Of a stretch of DNA of 47,185 bases, positions 1-9,247 are shown piece after piece (position 1 is the stretch's first letter; the number at the start of each line of letters is the position of its first letter). This stretch comes from a virus. Lineage: Duplodnaviria; Caudoviricetes. The stretch is from the IMG/VR virus record IMGVR_UViG_3300046717_000333, positions 1-47,185 of that record. The stretch is one strand, 5' to 3'. The position numbers and the translations under genes are program-made. Under the pieces are notes generated by a model. The model was not told the origin of the DNA. It did not search any database and was given only the letters and a program-made list of their open reading frames with translations.

Positions 1-143
1 GCCGAGGATGATCCCGTGCGACCGCAAGATGTCGCGGGCGAGCAGCCCCGCCTGCACGAGGATCCCTTCCGAACGCGGCTCGGGCTCCTCCTGGGAAACT
101 TCGGGAATAAAGAGCCCCCCGGCCGTTTTGGTTGGCGTCGGCG
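1..143. repeat. Terminal direct repeat, copy 1 (circular assembly overlap)
   Basis: 1-143 matches 47043-47185 except T127 vs G47169; a reading frame continues across the join. Confidence 0.95.
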
Positions 144-324
144 GCGCCGGCAGGCGCAGCACGAGGACGTTGTCCCCCATCGGCATGTAGGGCTCGACCT
201 TCACGCGGTGATCGGACAGACGCGCGGTGAGCCGCGCCTTGCCGTCGACGTAAAGCCGCTCCCAGGCGCGCGCAACCGCGAACTGGCTCGGCTCGGCGCC
301 GTTGATCGTTGCTGTTCTAGGCAT
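1..324 (-). CDS. groES: GroES/Cpn10-like co-chaperonin, 5' part (ATG at 324; continues at 47042..46824; ~180 aa in total)
   Basis: Manual translation gives MPMGDNVLVLR...KTAGGLFIPE...EPRSEGILVQAG, the Cpn10 N-terminal strand and mobile-loop signature. Confidence 0.85.
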   Translation of the reverse strand, partial: MPRTATINGAEPSQFAVARAWERLYVDGKARLTARLSDHRVKVEPYMPMGDNVLVLRLPAPPTPTKTAGGLFIPEVSQEEPEPRSEGILVQAGLLARDILRSHGIILG

Positions 325-580
325 CGGGTCCCGTCTGCGCGAAGTCCTTGATCAGGTCGGCCAACTCGCCGAGCGCCTGTTCGGCACCCGCGTGGCCGAG
401 AGCCTGGGCGCGCGCAAAGGTCTCGTTATTGGTCGCCTTGGAAAGCGCGATGATCGAGTCGACCCGGCGCTCGCGTTCACTGCGGAGGTGGCGAAGGAGG
501 ACCTGCGTCACTGGGTCCCGGGCCCATGCCCGGAGCTTGTCCACGGGGAGGTCCGTTAGATGGTTTAGGTGGTTGTCCAT
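317..580 (-). CDS. Small helical protein between portal and GroES
   Basis: 87-aa ORF overlapping the GroES start; usual position in this head module. Confidence 0.7.
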   Translation of the reverse strand: MDNHLNHLTDLPVDKLRAWARDPVTQVLLRHLRSERERRVDSIIALSKATNNETFARAQALGHAGAEQALGELADLIKDFAQTGPDA

Positions 581-2846
581 TCTTGGCTCCTGGTTGTGGC
601 GGGCCCGGTGGTGGCCCCATGCCTGGTGGCGGTGGCGGTGGCATCGGTTGCGGCAGCGGCGACGCCTCGATCGTCTTGGCCATGTCCTCGCGGCCCATCG
701 CGCGCAAAAGCGAGACGTAGGCCATGCGGATCGCGGTCACCTGGGCGACGGGCTCGATAATCCCCGGCGGCATGTTGAGCGCCGCCTGCAATGCAGCCTG
801 GGCCTCCTGCACGAGTTGAGGCCGCGTCGCCATGTTGGGATCGCAGGTGAACGTGATTTCGAAGTCCTCCAGGTACTCGTCACGCGCGACCTTTTCGAGC
901 TTGATCGGATCGGGCGGCGGGGGAGGGGGCAGCGGCGGCTCGGGCGGCATCCCCGGCATCGGCGGCATGGGCGGTGGTGGCGGCGGCGGGACGAGCGGCA
1001 TCTCGGGACTGGCGACGCCGAAATACTCGACGTAATCGAGCGTGCGGCTGTTGATGCGGGCGAGCAGTTTCAGCTCGGCACCGCGGCTGCGGTTGTAGCG
1101 CACACCCATGACCGCGAGGTTCTGGCGCGCCGCCGTCATGCGGATCTGGGTGGTGGTGGCGGTCTCGTTGGCGCCGCCGACCTCGCCCGCCAGGATCTCC
1201 GAGGCCCCGACGAAATCCTGCACCTGTGAGAGCTGGCCCTCGACGATCTTGTAGGCGTTGGGATCGGGCGGCGGGAACTGGAGCTGGAAAAACGCGTTCG
1301 CCAGTTGCTCGGGCGGCAAGTCGACCTGGACACCACCACCGAGCTTGAGCGCCATGTCCCCGCGGCCCATGCGGGCCTGGCGCGAGTAGAGGTAGGTCGG
1401 GAAGAGGCTCAAGGTCATCGCGGCGACGATCTGAGACATCACCGTGTCCGCCGTGATGTTGGCGCCTTCGAGCAGGTAGCCGATCCCGTAGTCGTAAATG
1501 CCCTCGGGGTTCGGGATGCAGCCGTACTTGGTGAACCAGTTGATGGGCACCATCCGCACCGGATCGGGCAGCGGGGGCGGCGTCGGCGGATCGGGCGCGA
1601 CGGGGAAGTTGTCGATCGGCACCTGCGACGGGATCACGACCGGCTCCCCGGTCTCGGGGTGCGGCACCACGCTGGGGGCGGCGAGCTGGCGCACCGTCTC
1701 CTCGTGGGCCTGCATCGCCTGGTCGTGCATCGCCATCTGCGAGTCGACCGTGGCCTGGTGGACCTCCATGTCGCGGTCGAAGCGGGCGCGGTCGCGCGGG
1801 TCTTCGTCCTCGCGGATGCCGAGGAAGATGACCTTCTTCGTCAGTTCGTCGACGGTGACGATCACCGGGCGCTCTCGGTTTTCGCCCGGGAGCTTGAGCC
1901 AGCGGTGCTGCTCCAAGATCTCCCGCGGCGCCTCGTCGTCGTCGTCGGTCGAGGGCTTGGTCTGGCCCTGGACCTTGTCCATGGTCTCGGCCATCGGGCC
2001 GCGCAGTGAATCGGCGATGGGCGTGTTGCCGGCCGAGCGCGTGAGCTTTTCGGAAGGGACGACCGGCTCGCCGTTCTCGTCCTCGAAGATCTCCTCGACG
2101 CCGATGTAGTAACCGGCGTCCTGCTCGGCCTCTAGCTCGTGCCGATAGAGGTGCATCCGCTGGGTGATGCGCTGGACGTCGGCCATATTCGGATCCACCG
2201 ACTGGGCGCCGTAGGGCAGGATGATGTCGCCCGCGCGCACCATCGTGAAGCAGGGCCGCTTCTCCGAGGGCTTGTAGTACCACTTGGAAAACGCGTTGCC
2301 GTAGATCAGGAACTGGATCCCGCCGCGGTCGTGGCTCGGGATGTACTCGGGGATCTTCTGGCTTATCTGCCAGTTCATGTGGAGCCCGAGACGACGCGCG
2401 CGATCGACCGATCCTGGCGTCGTGGGAGCTCCCCCGCAGATCGGCGCGCCCGGCGGGAACAGTTGGCCGTGAATCGTCGCGTGCAGCAGCAGCACCGCCT
2501 GCCCGATGATCGGCAGGTGGATCTGCGCGATGTTCTCCTGGCCCTCGGGCCTGGGCGGCAAGATGCCGGCGAAGAGTTCCACCTGGCGCGCCTGGCGCCC
2601 ACGGAAGTCCTCGCTCGACTTCCAATCGATCTCCTTGTGGCGAACGACCATTTCGCCGGTCTTCTTCAAGAACTCGGCGCCCTCCTCGCCCAGGGCCTTG
2701 AACATCTCGACGAGGTTCGACTGCCGATCGTAATCAAGCTTGGTGGGCTTGAGATCGTCCTCCTCGGGCAGTTCAAACGAGGTCCCGCCCTCGTCGGGCG
2801 GTTCGGTTGGCTCCGTGGGCTCGGAGGAGTCGAGCGAGTCGTCCAT
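477..2846 (-). CDS. Portal protein with Pro-rich insertions and tail
   Basis: 789 aa downstream of TerL; GNAFSKWYY, IYDYGIGYLL and ETATTT motifs typical of podoviral portals. Confidence 0.85.
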   Translation of the reverse strand: MDDSLDSSEPTEPTEPPDEGGTSFELPEEDDLKPTKLDYDRQSNLVEMFKALGEEGAEFLKKTGEMVVRHKEIDWKSSEDFRGRQARQVELFAGILPPRPEGQENIAQIHLPIIGQAVLLLHATIHGQLFPPGAPICGGAPTTPGSVDRARRLGLHMNWQISQKIPEYIPSHDRGGIQFLIYGNAFSKWYYKPSEKRPCFTMVRAGDIILPYGAQSVDPNMADVQRITQRMHLYRHELEAEQDAGYYIGVEEIFEDENGEPVVPSEKLTRSAGNTPIADSLRGPMAETMDKVQGQTKPSTDDDDEAPREILEQHRWLKLPGENRERPVIVTVDELTKKVIFLGIREDEDPRDRARFDRDMEVHQATVDSQMAMHDQAMQAHEETVRQLAAPSVVPHPETGEPVVIPSQVPIDNFPVAPDPPTPPPLPDPVRMVPINWFTKYGCIPNPEGIYDYGIGYLLEGANITADTVMSQIVAAMTLSLFPTYLYSRQARMGRGDMALKLGGGVQVDLPPEQLANAFFQLQFPPPDPNAYKIVEGQLSQVQDFVGASEILAGEVGGANETATTTQIRMTAARQNLAVMGVRYNRSRGAELKLLARINSRTLDYVEYFGVASPEMPLVPPPPPPPMPPMPGMPPEPPLPPPPPPDPIKLEKVARDEYLEDFEITFTCDPNMATRPQLVQEAQAALQAALNMPPGIIEPVAQVTAIRMAYVSLLRAMGREDMAKTIEASPLPQPMPPPPPPGMGPPPGPPQPGAKNGQPPKPSNGPPRGQAPGMGPGPSDAGPPSPPPQ

Positions 2847-3281
2847 TTAGAAGTGCCCGACTCCGCGGCGAGCAAGAGGCGGTTGGTAGCCCGGTTGGCC
2901 TGGCTGGGGCGGCGGCGCAGCGCCGTAGTAGCCCTCGCCGGCTCCCGTCGTTCCGTTCATGTTGTAGCCAACGCCGTAGGGCGACACCGGCGCCTGCGGG
3001 GCGGCGGGGCCCTGACCAGGTGGCGGCGGCGGCGACCCATGACCCCAGGCGTTCGGCACTGCCGGGGGCGCGCCCGCAGGCGCACCGTAGTAGCTAACGG
3101 AGCCGTCGGCGTTGTACGTCGGCGTATTGGTCCGGTTGGACGTGTAGCCCGCCCCAGGCCGAGCCCGAGGCGGTGGTCCAGGCGGCGCCTGCGCTGGGGG
3201 CGGGGTTAACGGCGGCGCCTGATGCGAGAAGTTGGAAAGAGGGTTTTGATACTGGTTCGTAGAAACGTCGTTGTAGGCCAT
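2847..3281 (-). CDS. Low-complexity P/G/Y/Q/N-rich protein
   Basis: 144-aa ORF abutting both neighbours. Confidence 0.65.
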   Translation of the reverse strand: MAYNDVSTNQYQNPLSNFSHQAPPLTPPPAQAPPGPPPRARPGAGYTSNRTNTPTYNADGSVSYYGAPAGAPPAVPNAWGHGSPPPPPGQGPAAPQAPVSPYGVGYNMNGTTGAGEGYYGAAPPPQPGQPGYQPPLARRGVGHF

Positions 3282-3283
3282 GG

Positions 3284-3724
3284 TTATCTCCCCCCGTACT
3301 TCTTCTGCGCGTCGCCCCGGATCTTGGTCAGCAGCTCGGCGAGCTGGCCGCCCATGCCTTCGAGGCCATCGGGGGCGTAGTAGCCGCCGAAGGGGCGCGG
3401 AGAGCGCCCCGCTGGCATGTGAGTCCTGAGGCTTTCGCGCAGACCGCCGATCGTCATGCCCGGCGGCACCTGCGACGGCATGCCCGGGATGCCGCCGATG
3501 GGTGGCCCTCGGTCCCCCGGCTCCTCCGACATCTCCATCATGTCGTCGGCGCCCGCCTCTTCGGGGTTGCCGGCAGCGTGCAAGTTCGGCTGAAACGGCG
3601 GAGGCTCGGTCGGCCCGCGCGTGTTGGGGTCGAACGGCGGCGGCTGAAAGCTCTGCTGCTTCTTCTTGGCGTCGCCCGCCGCGCCCAAGATGCCTCCAAG
3701 CCCGCTGAAATAGCCCATGGTCAT
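3284..3724 (-). CDS. Pro/Gly-rich hypothetical protein
   Basis: ATG at 3724 overlaps the upstream TGA (ATGA); GAGG SD. Confidence 0.65.
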   Translation of the reverse strand: MTMGYFSGLGGILGAAGDAKKKQQSFQPPPFDPNTRGPTEPPPFQPNLHAAGNPEEAGADDMMEMSEEPGDRGPPIGGIPGMPSQVPPGMTIGGLRESLRTHMPAGRSPRPFGGYYAPDGLEGMGGQLAELLTKIRGDAQKKYGGR

Positions 3725-4317
3725 TTCCTCCCGGTGAGTCCGTTGGCGACCGCGCGCGGATCTGGTTGAAACGGCGGCGGCTCGGTTGCGCCGTTGCGCA
3801 AATAGGTTTTCATCTTCTCGAAGTGCGCCTGTTGCTCGGGCGTGAACCAGCCCGGCTCTTGCCACTCGGGGTTCTGCTCGGGGAAGACGCCGCCGCGCAC
3901 GTAGGCGTCGGCGCGGCTCCGCTGGAGCCAGGCCTCGGGCGTGTCGCCCGGCTCAAGGTTCTTGGCCTCGTTGGCGTCGACCGCCAATTGCCGAGGGCTA
4001 CGCATGCCCATCAGCTCGTTCTTCATCTTGAACCACGTCGGATCGACGAGTTGGGTGTGGCCCTCGTCCGCATAGCCGCCGAGGTGGTGAAGCGCGTCGG
4101 CCGCGACGGCGCCCTCCCGCTGCTGCGGGTTCATCTGGTCGAACAGTTCGAACGTGATCTTGCCGGGGCGCGGATTGTCCGACTCGTAGGGCGGATAGAA
4201 CTCCAGCCCGCGATCGTCGCCGGGCTTCTTGGGCGACTGGACGATTTCGCTCTGGGCCATGTACGGCGCCAAGGCCTTGTACTTCTGCGCGATGGCGTTG
4301 AGCGTGGGGTCAGCCAT
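3721..4317 (-). CDS. Hypothetical protein (198 aa)
   Basis: ATG at 4317 coupled to the TerL stop (TGATG). Confidence 0.75.
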   Translation of the reverse strand: MADPTLNAIAQKYKALAPYMAQSEIVQSPKKPGDDRGLEFYPPYESDNPRPGKITFELFDQMNPQQREGAVAADALHHLGGYADEGHTQLVDPTWFKMKNELMGMRSPRQLAVDANEAKNLEPGDTPEAWLQRSRADAYVRGGVFPEQNPEWQEPGWFTPEQQAHFEKMKTYLRNGATEPPPFQPDPRAVANGLTGRK

Positions 4318-5978
4318 CAGAAGCCCCCGGGCCAGCCAGAGACAGACTTGCGGCCTTCGTCGCCACCACGGCGCTGGGCCAGCTCGTCGTAAAACTTCAC
4401 GTTCGGATCGTCGTTGTCCGACTCGGGGATGAGCGCGCGGTACTGACACCCGTAGGCCGCCGCATCCCAGTCGTGATCGTCGCCCGTGGTGTCGGGCACG
4501 TCGGGGTTGGTCTCGTCGCACGCGAGCACCGGGATCGTGATCACCGGGCCCGTCTCTTCGCGCCGGCCGTCCTTGTCGCGCCGGTAGGTCTTGCAGGTGT
4601 TGAACCAGCGGATGCCGGGGACCACCAACTCACCCGCGGCGTTGGGGGTGCGCCTGCGCAAACGGTTTCGAAACTGCTCGGCCGCGTTGGGCCGCACGCC
4701 CTTGCCCCGGTCGGCCTTGAAGAAGCCGCAACCGAGCTGGTCCAGCATCTCGCCGCGGGACGGGCCCGACTCGCCGACGCGCGCCCAGAGCGACGAGTCC
4801 ATCGGGCCCCACACCGTGGAGTGGGCGTTGATGCGGTCCCACTCGGTGTCCACGATCTTCACGCCGTGGATGATCAGCGGCTCGCGCTCGATCTCCCGGA
4901 TGCGCATCCCCAGCTCCTCGGCGGTGTGGCCCTTCACCGTCAGGCTGCGGTAGCAAATCATGTTGCCCTCGGTGTCGACCGCCCACCACTGCACCGACGA
5001 GTTGCTGCTGAAGCCGTAGTCGGCGCTCTTGAAGCGAAACCAGCCGATGGGGATCGGGAAGGGCTTGCAGATATGGATCGAGGGGTCCCAGTCCTCGCCC
5101 ACCCACGAGGAGGCGTCGACGTACCAGTCGTTTTCCAGCAGCGCGCGACGCATGACCGCCGACTTGCGCATCAGGTTGGCCTCGTAGCGCCCGTCTTCGA
5201 GGATTGCCGGGTTGTCGTAGATGTTGGCGGGGATGTAGACCTGGCGCTCTTCGAGTGAGCGCCCGTCGCGCAATTTCACCCGCAGGCGCACCACGGTGCC
5301 CGGCGTGGCGGCCTCGACGAAGCGGCGGCGCAACCAGAGCTTGGTGTCGGCGCCAACCGGGTTGGTGACGAGCCGAAAGGCCAACATCTTGCCCAAAACG
5401 GGGTCGGAGCAGCGCAGGCGCGTGTCGAGCTGTTCGATCTGCTCGACGGTGAACTGGGTCGCCTCGTCGAAGCAGATCCACGTGTACTCGGGCCCGTAAA
5501 ACTTCTCCCAGTCCCCGGGATGCTCCATCCCGCCGAACTGGACTTTGTAGCCGCACGTAAACGTGCAGGTTTTGGACATTTCGTGCCAGGACGCGCCTGG
5601 ATCGAGCTTTTTGTAGAAAGTCTTGAACCGTTCGATGGATTGGGCCAATTCGGGCAGCTGCCGCCTGAAATAAATGGCCCAACCGACCGATTGCTCGATT
5701 TCCCCGCGGGAAAAGCGCTCGTTTTCGGCCGCCCACTGCCGGATCCAGTCGCGGAGGGCGCAATCGGTCTTCCCGGGGCCCGCGCCGCCGCCAAAGAGCA
5801 CGTAGCGCTCGGTGCGGCTCATGAAATTCTGCTGCGGGCCCAAAAAAGGCGCGAAAAAGACGTTTTTGGGCAGGTGCGCGCGACAAACTCGCTCGGCGCC
5901 GACCTGGTGGACCGCTGGTTGCCCGCAATTTCGGGCGCAAAGGCCCCAGCGGGGCGCCGGGACGGCCGCGACGCTCAC
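4317..5978 (-). CDS. terL: Terminase large subunit
   Basis: Walker A GGGAGPGKT, Walker B ICFDEA, TNP coupling motif, ADYG and DHDWDA nuclease motifs; GTG at 5978 overlaps the upstream stop. Confidence 0.95.
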   Translation of the reverse strand: MSVAAVPAPRWGLCARNCGQPAVHQVGAERVCRAHLPKNVFFAPFLGPQQNFMSRTERYVLFGGGAGPGKTDCALRDWIRQWAAENERFSRGEIEQSVGWAIYFRRQLPELAQSIERFKTFYKKLDPGASWHEMSKTCTFTCGYKVQFGGMEHPGDWEKFYGPEYTWICFDEATQFTVEQIEQLDTRLRCSDPVLGKMLAFRLVTNPVGADTKLWLRRRFVEAATPGTVVRLRVKLRDGRSLEERQVYIPANIYDNPAILEDGRYEANLMRKSAVMRRALLENDWYVDASSWVGEDWDPSIHICKPFPIPIGWFRFKSADYGFSSNSSVQWWAVDTEGNMICYRSLTVKGHTAEELGMRIREIEREPLIIHGVKIVDTEWDRINAHSTVWGPMDSSLWARVGESGPSRGEMLDQLGCGFFKADRGKGVRPNAAEQFRNRLRRRTPNAAGELVVPGIRWFNTCKTYRRDKDGRREETGPVITIPVLACDETNPDVPDTTGDDHDWDAAAYGCQYRALIPESDNDDPNVKFYDELAQRRGGDEGRKSVSGWPGGF

Positions 5979-6415
5979 CGGACCTCCCGCATCTCGACGA
6001 AGACGTCCCAACTGACCGTGTGAACGGCGTCGTCGATGACCTGGAGCAAAACCGAGTTGCCGTTGAGCGCGAACTGGGCACTCAATGCGCCGACTATGAT
6101 GTTGGGGTTGCCCCAGATACCCTGGAAGGTCGCGACGCCTCCCGGATCACGGTAGTAGAGCGTCGTCGCGCTGATGAGACAGCGCACGCCAGTCCCCCGG
6201 CCCATGATCGAACCGGCGACGGTCCAGGCGACGCCCTCGGGCATGTTGTCGGACGCGAAGGCGGTGGTGAAAACGCCGGTCCCCTTGGTCGTAATCTGCG
6301 CCCGCACCCGCGTTGTCATGTTCACGGCGTCGCGGAGGTCATTGGGGAGGTCGGTGATCTCCTTTTCGGACGAGCGCCCTTGGCGCAGTGGGGCCGCGGT
6401 GACCGTTGGCTGCAT
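5975..6415 (-). CDS. Hypothetical beta-rich protein
   Basis: 146-aa ORF coupled to both neighbours. Confidence 0.7.
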   Translation of the reverse strand: MQPTVTAAPLRQGRSSEKEITDLPNDLRDAVNMTTRVRAQITTKGTGVFTTAFASDNMPEGVAWTVAGSIMGRGTGVRCLISATTLYYRDPGGVATFQGIWGNPNIIVGALSAQFALNGNSVLLQVIDDAVHTVSWDVFVEMREVR

Positions 6416-6817
6416 CTACGGCTCCACGTCGATAATCGGAGCGGCGTCGATCTCCTCGTCAGAGACCTGGTTCTGCGCCGGCAGGATGATCGCCACGTTG
6501 ACGCTGGGCCCGCCGCGCTCGACCGCCTGGCGGATGCGCATCCCGGTGCGCTCGTGCGCCATCTGGATCGCGTAGGAGGCCTCGGAGCGAGGCTTGCGGG
6601 CCTCCAAGGCGATCTGGAACTCCTCGTGCGTCCAGCCGCGCGCCTGGAGCTGCACCTCCAGTTCGAAGGGCTCCATCTTCTCCATCGCGGCCAGCTCGGC
6701 GCGCGTCGCGGAAAAGCACTTGCGGGCGGCTACGACGACGTTCGCGTCGTCCAGGGCTACGCGATCGAGAATCTCGATCAGCGCCTGTTGACGGGCGACA
6801 GCCTTCGTGCTGCTCAC
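6416..6817 (-). CDS. Putative terminase small subunit
   Basis: First gene of the packaging operon; helical core with a VNVAIILP...IIDVEP C-terminus typical of TerS; mainly positional. Confidence 0.5.
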   Translation of the reverse strand: MSSTKAVARQQALIEILDRVALDDANVVVAARKCFSATRAELAAMEKMEPFELEVQLQARGWTHEEFQIALEARKPRSEASYAIQMAHERTGMRIRQAVERGGPSVNVAIILPAQNQVSDEEIDAAPIIDVEP

Positions 6818-6838
6818 CCCGTCAGGGTGACACGAACG

Positions 6839-6896
6839 ACGATACCATACAAGCGGTGTAGCGTCATGACCATATAGACATGGTCACGTATGGTCA
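6839..6896 (-). promoter_or_regulatory. Sigma70-type promoter of the packaging operon with three TGACCAT boxes
   Basis: Minus strand ATGACG-17 bp-TATCGT with TG extension; TGACCAT at 6867-6873, ATGGTCA at 6880-6886 and 6890-6896. Confidence 0.55.
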
Positions 6897-6918
6897 GCCT
6901 GGACGTCTGGTCAGGGCC

Positions 6919-7149
6919 TTAGTTCGGCCTCCGGTCGAGGGCTTCGAGAATGTGCTGGCGCACGCAGGCGGACAGGCCCTCGGCGTCTGAGTAGCGGGCG
7001 GTGCGCCGGACGCCGTCCTTCTCGAAGATGGTCACGTCGCCGCAAATGTGGCAGATCGCCAGGTCGCCGGGCACGGGGGGACGGCCCAGCGCTTCGAGCT
7101 GGTGGCAGGGCACGGTGGCGCCGCATCGGCGGCAGGCGAGGGGTTCCAT
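6919..7149 (-). CDS. Small Zn-ribbon protein
   Basis: CRRC...CHIC motifs. Confidence 0.7.
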   Translation of the reverse strand: MEPLACRRCGATVPCHQLEALGRPPVPGDLAICHICGDVTIFEKDGVRRTARYSDAEGLSACVRQHILEALDRRPN

Positions 7150-7412
7150 CAGTTGGATTTCTTCGGCTTGAGAAACTCTCGGAGGCCAGCGACGATCTCG
7201 TCCTTGAGTTCGCGGGGCGGCTCGACCTTCATCGCCAAGTCGACCAGTTCGGGCAGTGGTGGAACGGTATCAGGTAGAGACTGTAAAATGTAGCGAACGG
7301 CCAGAAGAGCAGCTACGGCCGCGTCCTGAGGCCGCGAAAACCGCTTGGCCAGAAAACGAAAGAGCGGCATAAACCCCCTCCAGGCCGCCTCTATCAACGC
7401 CTCATCGTCCAT
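7149..7412 (-). CDS. Hypothetical protein
   Basis: 87 aa; TGATG coupling to the next gene. Confidence 0.65.
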   Translation of the reverse strand: MDDEALIEAAWRGFMPLFRFLAKRFSRPQDAAVAALLAVRYILQSLPDTVPPLPELVDLAMKVEPPRELKDEIVAGLREFLKPKKSN

Positions 7413-7513
7413 CGCCTACCTACGGGCGAAACCGTAGCTAGGAATTAAGTCCCGTGCAATCGGGTCTGGTACCTTGTTTCGAATTCGCGTAGTACAAAAC
7501 CGGGAGGGTGGAG

Positions 7514-7714
7514 ATGGACGACGACGTTTTTCATCTGTTCAAGGAGGCGCCCGTGGGCCAGGTCTGGGTCTGCACGGCGTGCGGGAAGACCTCGAAAGAT
7601 CGCGGCGGCAACCACGCTATCAGCCGGGGCTGGGACGAGTCCTGCATGTTGAACGCGGTCCTCTGCTACGAGCAGAAGACCGACGAGGGCACCTGGCGCG
7701 CGGTGCCCGAATGA
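7514..7714 (+). CDS. Small Cys-containing protein
   Basis: WVCTACGK motif; GGAGG SD (alternative GTG start at 7508). Confidence 0.7.
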   Translation: MDDDVFHLFKEAPVGQVWVCTACGKTSKDRGGNHAISRGWDESCMLNAVLCYEQKTDEGTWRAVPE

Positions 7715-7914
7715 ACGAGCTTCAAGCGTGGCGCGACTGGGCGGCGAACATTCTCGGCGTCTATATCGGGGTCGACCCGGCGCTGGTGGCCGACATCAAG
7801 ATCGGCAACGGCGACGTGGCGGCGCGGGCGTATCTGTCTTTCTACGCGGGCGTGGGGCTCGGGCAGCTGGCGCTGGACTGCGCCCAGACCCTGAAGAAAG
7901 CCGGCGACGCGTGA
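7711..7914 (+). CDS. Hypothetical protein
   Basis: ATGA overlap; begins MNELQAWRDW. Confidence 0.6.
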   Translation: MNELQAWRDWAANILGVYIGVDPALVADIKIGNGDVAARAYLSFYAGVGLGQLALDCAQTLKKAGDA

Positions 7915-8171
7915 CCTGGACGCCGCCCGAGGGCTGGGAAGTCTTCGGCATGAAGAACACCACGAGCGGGATAGATGGAGGCTGGCCTCCCTTCCCGCGG
8001 TGGAGCGCGCGCCTGCTGACCGCCGGGCGCGAGGGTCGCATCATCTACTGCATCACCTGGACAATCGCGAAGGGCGGATGGTGCTACCGGAACGAGTGGG
8101 CCGCGATGACCGCGTTCGAAGCGTGGGACGGCAAAGGTGCACCCGCGGCCGGCGAGTGGCACGATTTCTGA
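7911..8171 (+). CDS. Hypothetical Trp-rich protein
   Basis: GTGA overlap; WCY...AFEAWDGKG. Confidence 0.6.
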   Translation: MTWTPPEGWEVFGMKNTTSGIDGGWPPFPRWSARLLTAGREGRIIYCITWTIAKGGWCYRNEWAAMTAFEAWDGKGAPAAGEWHDF

Positions 8172-8178
8172 TGATCTC

Positions 8179-8313
8179 TTGATCATCGCCGCCGGTGTCG
8201 GCGCCTATACGGTGATCGTCCTGCGCGAGACCGCGCACCCGGGAAAGTTGGTCCTGCTCCTTGCTGTGCTGAGTGCCGGTTACTGGTTCGGGGTCTGGCT
8301 CCAAAAACGCTAG
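8179..8313 (+). CDS. Small two-TM membrane protein (not in the ORF track)
   Basis: Manual translation LIIAAGVGAYTVIVLRETAHPGKLVLLLAVLSAGYWFGVWLQKR; start uncertain. Confidence 0.45.
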   Translation: MIIAAGVGAYTVIVLRETAHPGKLVLLLAVLSAGYWFGVWLQKR

Positions 8314-8540
8314 GTGACCCGGGCCAAGGTGACGGCGATGCCGGGAACCTTGGGCTCCTCCTTCTGCACGGGGCGAGCCGCGTAGGCCGCGAACAGATCG
8401 ATCAGCTGGAAGACAAAGGCTCTGTCGGTGGGCGACAGGTTGAAGATGTCGACGTCCTTCATCGACAGCGAGATCTTGCCCCCGCCGTCGAGGACAACTT
8501 CACGTGGGCTCTCTGGCTTTTTCCATCCCTTGCGCGGCAT
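8310..8540 (-). CDS. Hypothetical protein
   Basis: 76 aa; AGGAG SD. Confidence 0.65.
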   Translation of the reverse strand: MPRKGWKKPESPREVVLDGGGKISLSMKDVDIFNLSPTDRAFVFQLIDLFAAYAARPVQKEEPKVPGIAVTLARVT

Positions 8541-9195
8541 CGGTGTCTCCTGGTTTGGGTAGGTGGACTTCAGCGGCTCGCTTCATCTCGGCGAGCACTC
8601 GGCGTGAATCGACGGGGTCTTTGTCCTTGTCGCACTCGGCATCGAGGATCGGATAGCCGCTCTCGATCGACGCCAGGCACTCGGCGCGCGTGGCGGGGCG
8701 GCCCTCGGCGAACCAGAGCACCTCGGAGGGCTCGCCGACCTCGATGAGAGCGCGCCCCTGCGGATCGGGGAAGAGCTTGAAGTCTCTCGTCGTCCAGACG
8801 GCGGCGACGCCCGGGTTGCGCTTGATCGCGAGGCCCGGCGAGGCTGCGTCGGGATACTCCTCGCTGATGTCGCGGCGGCGCATATGGGGCTTCACGAGAA
8901 AGGGGCACGTCGTCGCAGCGTAGACCGCGCACTCAAGATGGCAGGCTGGTTCCGACGTGGTCCGCGTGACGGTACACATCGGGCCGAGCACGAACGAGCC
9001 CCAGCGCCCGCGCTGCTGGCCGCAGACCCAACACAGCGAGAAGCGGACGGCGTCGTTGAACTTGTCGGGCCCGATGATCCGAAATTCTGGCTTGCCGTCT
9101 TCGAGCCAGTGAACGAACCAGGACACAGGAACGCCCCGCTGGGGATCGATCGGCAGGGCGGCCACTCGGGGCGGCATTCCTTCGTAGTACGTCAT
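8500..9195 (-). CDS. Cys/His-rich phage protein, probably Zn-binding
   Basis: LCWVCG, EPACHLEC and CPFL motifs; ATG at 9195. Confidence 0.75.
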   Translation of the reverse strand: MTYYEGMPPRVAALPIDPQRGVPVSWFVHWLEDGKPEFRIIGPDKFNDAVRFSLCWVCGQQRGRWGSFVLGPMCTVTRTTSEPACHLECAVYAATTCPFLVKPHMRRRDISEEYPDAASPGLAIKRNPGVAAVWTTRDFKLFPDPQGRALIEVGEPSEVLWFAEGRPATRAECLASIESGYPILDAECDKDKDPVDSRRVLAEMKRAAEVHLPKPGDTDAAQGMEKAREPT

Positions 9196-9247
9196 TGCGG
9201 AGAACAAGGTACCACAGCGCGAAAAGCGGTGGTACGTTCCGCGCGTG

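Noticed and set aside
1-143. Biological terminal repeat of the virion DNA
   Set aside because: It falls in the middle of the GroES gene and has the size of a typical assembler overlap
477-580. 104-nt overlap of the portal tail with the next gene as a programmed frameshift
   Set aside because: No slippery heptamer is visible; a low-complexity tail running on in GC-rich DNA explains it
880-2625. Long alternative-frame and antisense ORFs (e.g. 880-2625, 4630-6081, 33909-35903, 36682-37938)
   Set aside because: R/A/G/P-rich shadow frames of real genes, expected in high-GC3 DNA
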